From Promethearchaeota archaeon (lineage in GTDB: Archaea; Asgardarchaeota; Heimdallarchaeia; Hodarchaeales; Hodarchaeaceae), in NCBI GenBank assembly GCA_048938105.1, contig JBHLMN010000025.1:17723-81722 (forward strand): a DNA stretch of 64,000 nucleotides, written 5' to 3'. Positions 40,135-49,630 of this stretch are shown piece after piece (the first letter of the stretch is position 1; every line of letters begins with the position of its first letter). Position numbers and translations under genes: made by a program. The notes beneath the pieces were generated by a model. The model saw nothing but the letters and a program-made list of their open reading frames with translations, was not told the DNA's origin and did not search any database.

Positions 40135-40229
40135 TTAATCTTCCTTCATCAATTGTTTTGACTTTCTATCTATTGAGATCCATTTATTTTTTCACAAATT
40201 CACTTTTTTTCTGTATTAAATCTATACAT

Positions 40230-41534
40230 CTATTCGGTTTTTTGGGCTTTTTTTTGATAAATTACGAATCCCTCCAGAATTTCTTGAATTGTTTCACCAT
40301 GAAATTGATATAATAAGACATTATTCTCAGTAAGAACCGCTTTAGGACCAATACCAAAGGTTGTGGTATCCTTAATTGCAAGTACGTCTATTCCCTCTTT
40401 CACCAGAAATTTAGCACTTAAAATTCCTCGTTTTCTTTCAGCCTGTCTATGAGGATTCTCTACTATTTTTTCTGTAAGAATTGTTTTTCTTAGAATATCA
40501 ATATCAGTAAGTAGAAATGCTGGTGCTAGTCCAAAATGCTCTGTAGGAATTTCATTTGTGTTAATATCAATAGAGGAAACAGCTATTGCAACTTTGAAAT
40601 GAGTTTTTACAATAGGCTTAACACTTATCATGATACTATCTAGTTGAGGTATTTTTTCCTTCAATGATGATTCTAATTGGTGAGTCACATCAGCAAGGGA
40701 TTTTACTGTCTCTGTGGCTTGCATTTGAATTTTAATATCTGCAAAATAAAAAGGGCCAGAGCGTCTAATTCTAATATTTGACACCTCTTGAACCTCGGGA
40801 GATTGTATCACGACTGATCGTATTTGTTTAATTATATCAGGATCATCAATGGCATCTAAAAGGGTTAAAAGGGAATTTTTACCAAATCCCAACCCAGTTT
40901 TAATAATAAGAATACTAATCACTAAACCAACCAATCCTTCCAATTGAGGAAATTCCACTAAATGAGCTAAAATTCCCAAAAAGACTAATGAATTGGTAAT
41001 AATATCTAATTGAAATTCTTTGGCTGTCCCGATCATTGCATTAGAGGCTATTTTGGTACCAATTTTCAAATTATAACGATAAAGAAAAAATGCTGCGAAA
41101 ATAAAGATTAGGGAAATCATTAACCCGAAAACAGGCTGAAATAACGTATTGGGGGCCAAAATAATACTAATACTTTCAATAAAAACACTTATACCAAACA
41201 AAAGAATGAAAATAGCGACAATTAAGGTAGCTAATGTTTCCATTCGGTAATATCCATAAGGGAATCGAGCTGATGGATCCTTTTGAGAGTAACGAAGACC
41301 TAAAAGAACTGCTAAAGTTGCTATTAGATCTGTTAGAGCATCCAAGCCAGAAGCAAGTAAGGCGATACTTCCAATAAATATTCCTGTAGCAATTTTAAAA
41401 ATAACCAAGAGAATGTTGCATATCATTGTTATAAATGTAGCCCTTTCTCCTTCAGCTAATAGAACCTTTCTATCCTGCTCTTTTATGGAGCTCACCCTCT
41501 TTATAGCTGTAATAACTCTTGAATTTCTAACCAC
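40230..41534 (-). CDS. Cation diffusion facilitator fused to a NifB/NifX domain
   Basis: SIALLASGLD, FPYGYYRME, CDF C-terminal domain, then HFGLAPAF...ENP. Confidence 0.88.
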   Translation of the reverse strand: MVRNSRVITAIKRVSSIKEQDRKVLLAEGERATFITMICNILLVIFKIATGIFIGSIALLASGLDALTDLIATLAVLLGLRYSQKDPSARFPYGYYRMETLATLIVAIFILLFGISVFIESISIILAPNTLFQPVFGLMISLIFIFAAFFLYRYNLKIGTKIASNAMIGTAKEFQLDIITNSLVFLGILAHLVEFPQLEGLVGLVISILIIKTGLGFGKNSLLTLLDAIDDPDIIKQIRSVVIQSPEVQEVSNIRIRRSGPFYFADIKIQMQATETVKSLADVTHQLESSLKEKIPQLDSIMISVKPIVKTHFKVAIAVSSIDINTNEIPTEHFGLAPAFLLTDIDILRKTILTEKIVENPHRQAERKRGILSAKFLVKEGIDVLAIKDTTTFGIGPKAVLTENNVLLYQFHGETIQEILEGFVIYQKKAQKTE

Positions 41535-42382
41535 ATATCATTCAAAGGATTCTCTAGATCTTCAATACCATACTCTAATACAGTTTTTCTATTAATCATC
41601 GCCTTATAAATCTCCAAATTGTAAGGAATCTCAGTTAGAATGGGAATTTTTCTTTTTTTACAAAAATTAATGATATTGCTTCGCTGTTCCTCATTTATAG
41701 ACGCCTTATTGATGATGATTGCTGGAGATAACTTAAAAAATTGTACAAGTTCTAGAGTTCTTTTCATGTCATGAATTGCGGTAGATGTGGGTTCAACTAC
41801 AATGATGACTAGTTTTGCATTAGTTAAAGCAGCAATTACTGGACAACCAATCCCTGGGCTACCATCAACAATAACAATGTCTTTGTTAAGTTGGTTAGCT
41901 TTGAAATGACTTTTTTGAATGACTTCACTGACTAATTTTCCAGAATTTTCAGCCCCAATATCTAAACGAGCATGTACCATTGGTCCAAATCGTGTGTTAG
42001 CTTCATAGACCTTTCCAGATGGCTGAATTTCCATCTTTATTGCATTTGTAGGACAAATCCAAGCACAAGCACCACAACCTTCGCAACTCATGGGTTTAAT
42101 GTCAAAATCAGCGGTTATTGCTCCAAAACGACACACCTCTAGGCATTTTCCACAATTAGAGCATTTTTCAAGATCCTTAATTGCTAATTTCCCACTCATA
42201 AATCGTTCTTCTGAGGTATTGGTTGGATTCATAAGTAAGTGTAAATTCGGCGCATCAACATCACAATCTGCCAGAAGAGATCTAGGAGCTGACAATTGAG
42301 CAAGTACTGCAGTGATTGTAGTTTTGCCAGTTCCTCCTTTGCCTGAAAGAACAGTTATTTGACTTTTAATATTTTCTGTCAT
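41501..42382 (-). CDS. MinD-like P-loop ATPase with inserted 2x[4Fe-4S] domain (COG1149), subunit B
   Basis: SGKGGTGKT, DCDVDAPNL, two CxxCxxCxxxC, ENSGKLV, DGSPGIGCPVI. Confidence 0.92.
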   Translation of the reverse strand: MTENIKSQITVLSGKGGTGKTTITAVLAQLSAPRSLLADCDVDAPNLHLLMNPTNTSEERFMSGKLAIKDLEKCSNCGKCLEVCRFGAITADFDIKPMSCEGCGACAWICPTNAIKMEIQPSGKVYEANTRFGPMVHARLDIGAENSGKLVSEVIQKSHFKANQLNKDIVIVDGSPGIGCPVIAALTNAKLVIIVVEPTSTAIHDMKRTLELVQFFKLSPAIIINKASINEEQRSNIINFCKKRKIPILTEIPYNLEIYKAMINRKTVLEYGIEDLENPLNDMWLEIQELLQL

Positions 42383-43233
42383 TTCATGACCTCCTCAATT
42401 CGAGTCCACAGATTTGAAAACATTGGATCAAATTTAATTGTTGTCCCGATAAGAGGATGCCCATTTGAGTAAAGCCAAAGAATCTCTTTATCATGGGGGA
42501 TGTTTAATAACAACTCATAACCTTCGTTTTTAACCAGAAGATCAATGCGATTATCACCCACATCAGAGCGATTATTTACAATTCCGAAAGGGATTCCAAG
42601 CTGTTTTACTAGATCAATAGCAATAAGGAGGTCATGTTCACCAGCAGGAGTTGGTTCTGTTACCAAAATTGTAAAATCAGTTTCAGATAACGCTTCAATA
42701 ACAGGACAAGCAGACCCAGGCGGTAAATCCAAGATGATAAATTCATGATTTTCTTCAAATGCTATCTTCTTAAGTTCATGTATGATTGGGGTAGCAAGAG
42801 CCTCCCCAACCCTCATTATTCCTTCATAAAATGTTAAGTTGTTATTTCCTTTTCTCGATTTTCGAATAAGTCCCAATCGATGAGATTTCTCTTTTATAGC
42901 TTTCTCGGGGCAAGCCATAGAACATAATCCACAGCCATGGCATAATTCCTCGAATACCATGACTTGTGTAGGTAAAACTGCTAAAGCATTGAATTCACAT
43001 AATTCACCGCAAAGACCACAATGTGTACAGATTGATTCGTCAATTAATGGCCTTGATATATTGACATCTTTAAAATTAGTTAACTCAAAATGAAGAAAAT
43101 GATTATCATTTGGTTCTTCAACATCAAGGTCAAATAAAGCTACTTTATGCGATTTTGTTAGATAGAGTGCTAAGTTAACTGCAATTGTGGTTTTGCCAGT
43201 CCCACCTTTACCACTAGCCACACTAATAATCGT
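42379..43233 (-). CDS. MinD-like P-loop ATPase with inserted ferredoxin (COG1149), subunit A; start codon atypical
   Basis: IISVASGKGGTGKTT, DLDVEEPN, two Fe-S motifs, DLPPGSACP; the expected Met position is ACG at 43233. Confidence 0.88.
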   Translation of the reverse strand, partial: TIISVASGKGGTGKTTIAVNLALYLTKSHKVALFDLDVEEPNDNHFLHFELTNFKDVNISRPLIDESICTHCGLCGELCEFNALAVLPTQVMVFEELCHGCGLCSMACPEKAIKEKSHRLGLIRKSRKGNNNLTFYEGIMRVGEALATPIIHELKKIAFEENHEFIILDLPPGSACPVIEALSETDFTILVTEPTPAGEHDLLIAIDLVKQLGIPFGIVNNRSDVGDNRIDLLVKNEGYELLLNIPHDKEILWLYSNGHPLIGTTIKFDPMFSNLWTRIEEVMK

Positions 43234-43245
43234 ATAGTGTGCCTC

Positions 43246-43644
43246 CTAATGGTGATGTCCATGATGTTCCCCATGTGCTTCCCCACGATATTTATGCTGT
43301 TGACAGGCATCTTTATCTGTGGCCATTTGCAATCTTTTTTGGTTATACTGTTCAATTGCGTCCTTAACTGTCCCTTGCGCACCTATATACACTTCAACTC
43401 CGAATTGTTCAAATAATTGTATCGCTCGTCGACCGACTCCGCCACATAGCATAATATCAACGTTATGATCACGTAAAAGTTCTGCAGGTAATTTTGTTCC
43501 ACCCATGTGGGAGGAAGTATTCTCTATAATTTCAACCTCTTTTGTTTCATCATTATAAATAGTATATGATGGTACTCGACCAAAATGATAACCTATTTGA
43601 GCCTGAAGTCCATCCTTTGTTTCAGAAGGAATACCTAATCGCAT
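43246..43644 (-). CDS. NifB/NifX-family metallocluster-binding protein with His-rich tail
   Basis: HFGRVP, IENT, CGGVG; ends ACQQH...HGEHHGHHH. Confidence 0.9.
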   Translation of the reverse strand: MRLGIPSETKDGLQAQIGYHFGRVPSYTIYNDETKEVEIIENTSSHMGGTKLPAELLRDHNVDIMLCGGVGRRAIQLFEQFGVEVYIGAQGTVKDAIEQYNQKRLQMATDKDACQQHKYRGEAHGEHHGHHH

Positions 43645-43682
43645 TACATTTTACCTCTAAAGTAATTAATATCAAATTTACC

Positions 43683-44108
43683 TTAACCTTGACCACGACC
43701 CATACCGCGTCCTCCACCGCGGCCCATACCTCTTCCCCTGCCACGACCCATACCAGGTCCAAAATTTGCAACCCCAGTCATCTCAACTAATTTTCCTGCA
43801 ATATAAGCTTCAATATTTTGCTGAACAGTACCATTTATTCCTGTGAATATTTTTATACCAGCCCCCTGCAGTACATTCCAAGCGTTTGGGCCCATTCTTG
43901 GAGCTATAATTACCTCTACTTGTTGATTAATCAGTGATTGAGCGGCCTGAATTCCTGCGCCTCCTGCAGCATTTCGGGCTTCATTTGGGTAAGTAGTTAT
44001 AATTTTCTGTTCAGATGAATCTACTACTACAAAATGTGAGCAACGTCCAAAGACTGTTGCAAATGCTTGAGAAAGATCATTTCCATTTGAAGGTATACCG
44101 ATTTTCAT
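43683..44108 (-). CDS. NifB/NifX-family protein with GRG tail
   Basis: FGRCSHF, GGAGIQAAQ, MGPNA, GMGRGRGRG. Confidence 0.9.
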   Translation of the reverse strand: MKIGIPSNGNDLSQAFATVFGRCSHFVVVDSSEQKIITTYPNEARNAAGGAGIQAAQSLINQQVEVIIAPRMGPNAWNVLQGAGIKIFTGINGTVQQNIEAYIAGKLVEMTGVANFGPGMGRGRGRGMGRGGGRGMGRGQG

Positions 44109-44113
44109 TCAAT

Positions 44114-44572
44114 TCACTTCTTTGTATTCATTTTGTTTTGTTGAATTGGTTGTTTGTCATTGGAATGACCATGAAGATGAAATTCGGTTGATCCACACTT
44201 TTCACATTGCCTTACTGTGCTTAAATCCTCAGGAAATGACCAAGTGTGGCCGCATTGATCACAATGAAAAAAATCTGCAGGATTAGCAATTCGAATTGCA
44301 TACCCCAATATTAAAGCCTTAGCAATCTTATGATGGGCCTCTTCTAAATGCCTTGAAATAGTTGATTGCGATACACTCATTCTTTTTCCTGCTTCGTTCT
44401 GGGATAAACCTTCCAAATCAGTCAAACGAATTGCTTCTAACTCTTCCAAAGTCACGGCCACTTCACCTTTGATTTCTAACAATGGGATTCCACGTGGTTT
44501 AAAGTAAGTATGTGTAGGATCACAACGAATTGTTCTCGGATTTCTGCTTCGTGGTATTGTTTGCCACTCCAA
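44114..44572 (-). CDS. DUF134 HTH protein with Zn ribbon
   Basis: YFKPRGIP, EELEAIRLTDLEGLSQ..AG..M.VSQST, CxxC..CxxC. Confidence 0.9.
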   Translation of the reverse strand: MEWQTIPRSRNPRTIRCDPTHTYFKPRGIPLLEIKGEVAVTLEELEAIRLTDLEGLSQNEAGKRMSVSQSTISRHLEEAHHKIAKALILGYAIRIANPADFFHCDQCGHTWSFPEDLSTVRQCEKCGSTEFHLHGHSNDKQPIQQNKMNTKK

Positions 44573-44598
44573 AAAACTAATTCTATCTGTTTTTAAAA

Positions 44599-44641
44599 TT
44601 ATGAATATTTATTCATAAAGTTTTTGCATAATTATTCATAA
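44599..44641. promoter_or_regulatory. Tandem 20-bp palindromic operators
   Basis: TTATGAATATTTATTCATAA (44599-44618) and TTTTGCATAATTATTCATAA (44622-44641). Confidence 0.65.
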
Positions 44642-44716
44642 TACATAAATTTATTTAAATTTTCTAGGAATACCTCCATTCGCTCTCTCTAATTTCATTG
44701 AGATAAATAAGATAAA

Positions 44717-45217
44717 GTGATAATGATGGGTTTTAAAGAAACGTATGAAGCAGTCAAAGCAGACCCTTCCAAGGGTGAAAAAAACTTTAACGTCGTTGTA
44801 GAATCTCAACCTGATGGAAGTTTCCTAGCGAACATGGGAGAAGATTTTCGATTTACTTTTGACGCTCCTCCTGGACTTGGAGGAAAAGACCTCGGCCCCT
44901 CACCACTCTTAGGTATTCTTGCCACGGTTGGGGCTTGCATTGGTGCAGTAATCAAATTTTGGAGCCAAATCTTGGACGTTCCTATTGATCATGTTAAAAT
45001 TTTCTCACGAGGCCATATAAATTTAGCTGGCATATTTGGTACAGACAATGCAAACTATAAGGGAATGTATGATAAAGTTGAACCCACAGTGGAAATCAAA
45101 ACTTCAGCACCAAAAGAGAAAGTCGATGAGCTCTTGGATCAAGTATGGAAACATTGCCCTATTGTCAATAATTTTAATAACGAATCTGGATTACAATGGA
45201 AAATAAGAATAAAATAA
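44717..45217 (+). CDS. OsmC/Ohr-family protein
   Basis: DAPPGLGGKDLGPSP, GAC, HCPI. Confidence 0.9.
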   Translation: MIMMGFKETYEAVKADPSKGEKNFNVVVESQPDGSFLANMGEDFRFTFDAPPGLGGKDLGPSPLLGILATVGACIGAVIKFWSQILDVPIDHVKIFSRGHINLAGIFGTDNANYKGMYDKVEPTVEIKTSAPKEKVDELLDQVWKHCPIVNNFNNESGLQWKIRIK

Positions 45218-45335
45218 CTCAATTTTCACTCCAGTTTCTCCCTTTTTTTCTATTAATTTTTAAGACACCTTTCTATGCTTAAACTGTACTATAACTATCA
45301 TCAAGCACACTTGAAGACACCACGAGGAAAATAAG

Positions 45336-46685
45336 ATGAAAATAATTGTTATAGGGGGAAATCCTGCAGGATTGAGTGCCGCTAGTGCTATTCGTAGGAA
45401 TCATGCAGATTGGAGAATTGATGTTTATGAAAAGGATCAATATATTTCCTATGGTTCATGTGGTATTCCTTATTATGTTGCAGATGAAGTTAAAAGCTTA
45501 GATAATTTAATAACTCTGACAAGAGAAAAGATAGAACAGAAACGAAATATTCCAGTTCATCTATTTCATGAAGTTGTCAATGTTGATTTCGAAAAAAAAA
45601 TGGTTCAGGTAAGAGATATTAAGAACAATAAGGAATTTGAGAAAGAATACGATTATCTAATCATTGCTACGGGGGGTAAAGCTAAAGATATTCCAAATAT
45701 GGAAATGGATCATCCGCATATTTTTAAAATCCATACGTTAGGTCATGCAAAGAGACTAAAGACATTTCTGAAAGAAAACAAGGTGAATTCAGTAATAATT
45801 ATTGGTGCAGGTTATATTGGATTAGAAATGCTCGAATCTTATGAAGCACAAGGAGTCACTGAGGTCACCATCATTGGTCCTCGGCTAGTATTCAATTCAC
45901 AAAGCCAAAACTATATTAAAGAAGAACTGGAAAAACATGGTGTAAAAGTAATTCTCCAGAAGCGCGTTAAAGCTATTGAACCTTTATCGAATAAGCAATT
46001 GAAAGTTATCCTAAAAAGTGGCCAAGAATTAATAGCTGATATCGTACAAGTCTCCATTGGAGTAGAACCCGCGACAGATATCTTTAGAGGGACGGATTTA
46101 TCCATGTTACCCAATGGGGCAATCATTACAGACGAATATATGCGAACAAACATTGAAAATGTATACGCTGCAGGAGACTGTGTTGCTTCTTATCATCAAA
46201 TTTTAAAAGAAAATGTCTATATTCCATTGGCTCCCGCTGCTAACAAACAAGGTAGAATTGCAGGAGTACATATTTCAGGTAATAAGGTTGACCCGTTTCC
46301 TGGTATAGTTGGAACGTCGATCTTTAAAGTGTTTGATTTATATTGCGGAAGAACAGGAATATCTGAAAAACAAGCTAAAAAAATTGGTTTTAGAGTTCAG
46401 GTAACACACATAGAGAATAACGAAATAGCTCATTACTATCCTGGTGTCAAAAAAATGTCCATTTTAGTCATTTTTGACTCCAAAAGTCATCTTTTTCTTG
46501 GTGCTGAAATTATAGCCCCATCACCATTAGGAGCAAAGAAAATTGATGTGTTTGCAACTGCTCTTGCTGCTAAAATGAAGATTGAGGATATTCAAAAGCT
46601 CGATCTCTCCTATGCACCCCCTTTTGCTCCAGTTTGGGATCCAATTCTCATTGTTGCTAATGTTGCTAGAAAAAAATGCGAATAA
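45336..46685 (+). CDS. CoA-disulfide reductase / NADH oxidase family flavoprotein
   Basis: SYGSCGIPY, GAGYIGLE, YAAGDC, ANKQGR, YYPG, YAPPFAPVWDP. Confidence 0.92.
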   Translation: MKIIVIGGNPAGLSAASAIRRNHADWRIDVYEKDQYISYGSCGIPYYVADEVKSLDNLITLTREKIEQKRNIPVHLFHEVVNVDFEKKMVQVRDIKNNKEFEKEYDYLIIATGGKAKDIPNMEMDHPHIFKIHTLGHAKRLKTFLKENKVNSVIIIGAGYIGLEMLESYEAQGVTEVTIIGPRLVFNSQSQNYIKEELEKHGVKVILQKRVKAIEPLSNKQLKVILKSGQELIADIVQVSIGVEPATDIFRGTDLSMLPNGAIITDEYMRTNIENVYAAGDCVASYHQILKENVYIPLAPAANKQGRIAGVHISGNKVDPFPGIVGTSIFKVFDLYCGRTGISEKQAKKIGFRVQVTHIENNEIAHYYPGVKKMSILVIFDSKSHLFLGAEIIAPSPLGAKKIDVFATALAAKMKIEDIQKLDLSYAPPFAPVWDPILIVANVARKKCE

Positions 46686-46705
46686 CAATAATAGTTAGTT
46701 GTCTC

Positions 46706-47116
46706 TCACTTGTTGAATGGTAGAAATAGCTCATCAAAAATTGGATATAAATTTCTCAGACTTTCAGTGTCTATATTCCAACTTAAGAGTATCGTATCGT
46801 AAGTTTTTAGTTCTATTGCTAGGTTCATTAGTACTTTTCGTATATATTTTGTGCTTGCTTTACAAATCGCATATAGAAGATAAAAATTCTCTTCTCCTCC
46901 ACATTTGAATCGGTAGAGACTGGTAATGAAATCTTCCATTTGAAATACTCCAGGAATTTCACAATAAACTGTCGTGGAGAAGACTTGGATAGCTGACAGG
47001 AGCTCGCCAACAAGAATGGGGCATTGAGATAACTCTGCAGACCCAATATATTGTCTTCGGATAACAGACAATCCATTATTCATTAATCCTACTTCATAAA
47101 TGGTTTTTTTTGACAT
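46706..47116 (-). CDS. Small longin-like domain protein (Asgard type)
   Basis: YEVGLMNNGLSVIRRQY...LVGELLSAIQVFS; beta-beta-alpha-beta-beta-beta-alpha pattern. Confidence 0.55.
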   Translation of the reverse strand: MSKKTIYEVGLMNNGLSVIRRQYIGSAELSQCPILVGELLSAIQVFSTTVYCEIPGVFQMEDFITSLYRFKCGGEENFYLLYAICKASTKYIRKVLMNLAIELKTYDTILLSWNIDTESLRNLYPIFDELFLPFNK

Positions 47117-47241
47117 TAAAGATCAACTATTCTAAATCAACAATAGCAGAATTATTACTTTTAACAATCCCTTCCAAAGGTATATATTTTTCTGAATTAA
47201 ACCAAGACATTGGTTTTGAGAGTTCATTAACTGAATATCAT

Positions 47242-47526
47242 TTATCTTAAATCTTCATTGATATATACATGAATATCAGTTTTGCCTGAATAAAGAGCTG
47301 AAATTAATTTTTTTCTAGCTTGTTGTAAAATTCGCCATAATGTCCCCCGTGATATATGCATTCTTTCAGCTGCCTGCTCTTGGGTTAAATTCTGTTCATC
47401 AACAAGTCTGAGGGCCTCTAATTCTACTCTAGAGAGAGATAAGATGGTCTTACCATTTGAGCTATTCCATTCTTTACCAATGAAAGGTTGAACTCTAGGT
47501 CTTCCTCCCCTAAAGCGTTTTCGCAT
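47242..47526 (-). CDS. DUF134 HTH protein, copy 2
   Basis: ELEALRLVD...LTQEQAAERMHISRGTLWRIL..ARKK. Confidence 0.9.
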   Translation of the reverse strand: MRKRFRGGRPRVQPFIGKEWNSSNGKTILSLSRVELEALRLVDEQNLTQEQAAERMHISRGTLWRILQQARKKLISALYSGKTDIHVYINEDLR

Positions 47527-47743
47527 ACCAGATTGACTACCCCTGCCATGACCTCTAATAATTCACACGCTCGAACATTAATAAGTTTATTTTTTCTTCT
47601 GTTTTATTTCTTAGAATTCAATTAAGTAGCTTTATAATATTCTATATATTTAGAATATCTCTTTTGACTCTTTCTTGAATTAGAAAATGTAAAGTTCTAC
47701 TTTAATTTCATAGCTAATTTTTCATAAATAGCTAATTTTATTG

Positions 47744-48433
47744 TCACTCAGGTTTAACACAGAGAAGTCTAGAAATCGAGAGGGGAATTCTTCGTAGGTT
47801 TTCATTTATTTCAACCGCAATTCCCTCATTATTAATGTTTTTCACGCACATTTTTACCCCAACAGCATCAATATCATACGCTTTTAATTTTTTGGCAAAT
47901 TCTGTCGAATGATCTTGGATTCTAGTCAGAGTCACTGGTAATCCTACAGAAACTTCATTTAAACATTTATCTTCACAACCCGAATCTTCATCTTTCTCCT
48001 TCATAGGAATGGGCATCCCAAAAGGAGTCATTTTCACTTTAAGCTTGCGATAGATGTATTCGGCAATTTCATCAGAGATTCCATGTTCGAGATGACATGC
48101 TTGTTCATGAAGCTTAATGAATGGCATCTCGAATATTTGATAGAGCATGGCTTCTGCAAGACGATGATTTCGCGCAATTCTTCTTGCCATTTGATATCCT
48201 AGTCTAGTTAGGTTAACACCTTCATAGGGAAGATAATCAACATAACCCTGAGGTTCTAGTTTTCGGCGTACAATATTTGTAAGCTGGGCTTTTGTAAGCT
48301 TATCTTCCATTCTCTCCAATATTTCTCCCATCTTGATACGTTGTCTTTCACTCTTAGAAATATGTAAACTAAACAAAACCTCCATGATATCCTCTTCGAT
48401 GACTCTTAATCCTTGTCGTTCTTTTTCATGCAT
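47744..48433 (-). CDS. DtxR/MntR metal-dependent repressor with FeoA-like domain
   Basis: EDIME, PYEGVNLT, RNHRLAE, ACHLEH, TPFGMPIP. Confidence 0.9.
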   Translation of the reverse strand: MHEKERQGLRVIEEDIMEVLFSLHISKSERQRIKMGEILERMEDKLTKAQLTNIVRRKLEPQGYVDYLPYEGVNLTRLGYQMARRIARNHRLAEAMLYQIFEMPFIKLHEQACHLEHGISDEIAEYIYRKLKVKMTPFGMPIPMKEKDEDSGCEDKCLNEVSVGLPVTLTRIQDHSTEFAKKLKAYDIDAVGVKMCVKNINNEGIAVEINENLRRIPLSISRLLCVKPE

Positions 48434-48616
48434 TCAATCTCACTTAAATCCCCAATTGAATGAGATTTTGTTCACCTTAGAGGTTTCTTTTTTCAATAAA
48501 TGTCGCTGTGTTATAGGATATAACAAAGATAACAATTACTTCATTTCCATTCACAAACAAGGAAAATCTTAGCTGACTATCGTGAAAAGAAGAAAAGGCA
48601 TTAAATAGAAAGTTAA

Positions 48617-48988
48617 TTAATCTTTCTTCTTACTAGCCAATTCTGCTAATCTTTTCTCTATTAATTCGATCTCTTTTCTCATACTTTTTAGTGTCTGATC
48701 AAGATATTTTGATTCATCTTCTGGACTAAGCGCAGTTGGCCAAGCAGGCACCGTCACGGGGGAAAGAGGCGGCAAATCAGGTGGATAATAATATGGATCT
48801 GGATAAAATCCCCGACCTCGACCCCAACCGCCTCCTCTTCCCCATCCACGACCCCACCCACCTCCCCAACCCATACCCATACCTGGCCCCTTGGTATATC
48901 CAGGAGTGGAAAATCCACTACAATACCCCAAGCCTCGTCCAGTTCTCGGCCCATATCCTCTTGGTCCAGTTCTATCTCCTCTAGGCAT
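48617..48988 (-). CDS. DUF5320-like GRG-rich small protein, copy 2
   Basis: N-terminus and 5' region nearly identical to 37992..38366. Confidence 0.85.
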   Translation of the reverse strand: MPRGDRTGPRGYGPRTGRGLGYCSGFSTPGYTKGPGMGMGWGGGWGRGWGRGGGWGRGRGFYPDPYYYPPDLPPLSPVTVPAWPTALSPEDESKYLDQTLKSMRKEIELIEKRLAELASKKKD

Positions 48989-48996
48989 TTTATCAC

Positions 48997-49050
48997 CAAT
49001 GAGCTATTGCACAAAACATATATATAAATTTTGTGCAAATGCACAAAATT
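48997..49050. promoter_or_regulatory. Duplicated promoter/operator of DUF5320 copy 2
   Basis: AATTTTGTGCAAATGCACAAAATT plus CAATGAGCTATTGCACAAAA around TATATAAA. Confidence 0.75.
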
Positions 49051-49630
49051 CAGTATAAACTTTCTCATTATAATACAAGATGCTAACAAGATTTTTGCTT
49101 TTTCCTTTTTTTCTCTATGTAAGGTGTTTACACCCTATGAATTTTATGGTACTAGTCGGCATTATGACTGGAAAATTAGCTTTTAAAGAAAAAATCAAAG
49201 ATTATTTTAATTACTCATCTCCTTTAAAGGACACTCATATAGAGTAGAATTGCATTCGTTTTAATTAGATTATTTATCAAAAAAAAGTACTCAATCTGGC
49301 TTTTTCTTCTTACCTAAAAACCCCTTCACAAGAATTACCAATTCTTCATGTGTACTGAATATAGATAAGTGACTGATGCCTTCTTCAAACATGTGTGCTT
49401 TGATATTCTTAAATAATGATTTACAATCTGCCTTTATTCCGTTTTAAACAGTTAATCACTTTCTGATTCTAAAATAAGGACTTTCTCCACCCAATTAATG
49501 AAACTCTTGGTTGATAGGATATAGTATTTTATATAATCATTCATATTCATTTATGTACTCGTTTTTAATTTAGAGAAAAAGAAAAAAAATTGGATTTGAT
49601 GACCCGAAGATTATCAGTTGTCCTGCTATT

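Noticed and set aside
40230-44108. Nitrogen fixation genes
   Set aside because: NifX-like domains only; no nifH, nifD, nifK or radical-SAM nifB
38192-48900. CRISPR or tandem DNA repeats in the CCCCAACC-rich tracts
   Set aside because: They encode Gly-Arg-Gly-Trp low-complexity peptide in DUF5320/NifX tails; there is no repeat-spacer periodicity or cas gene
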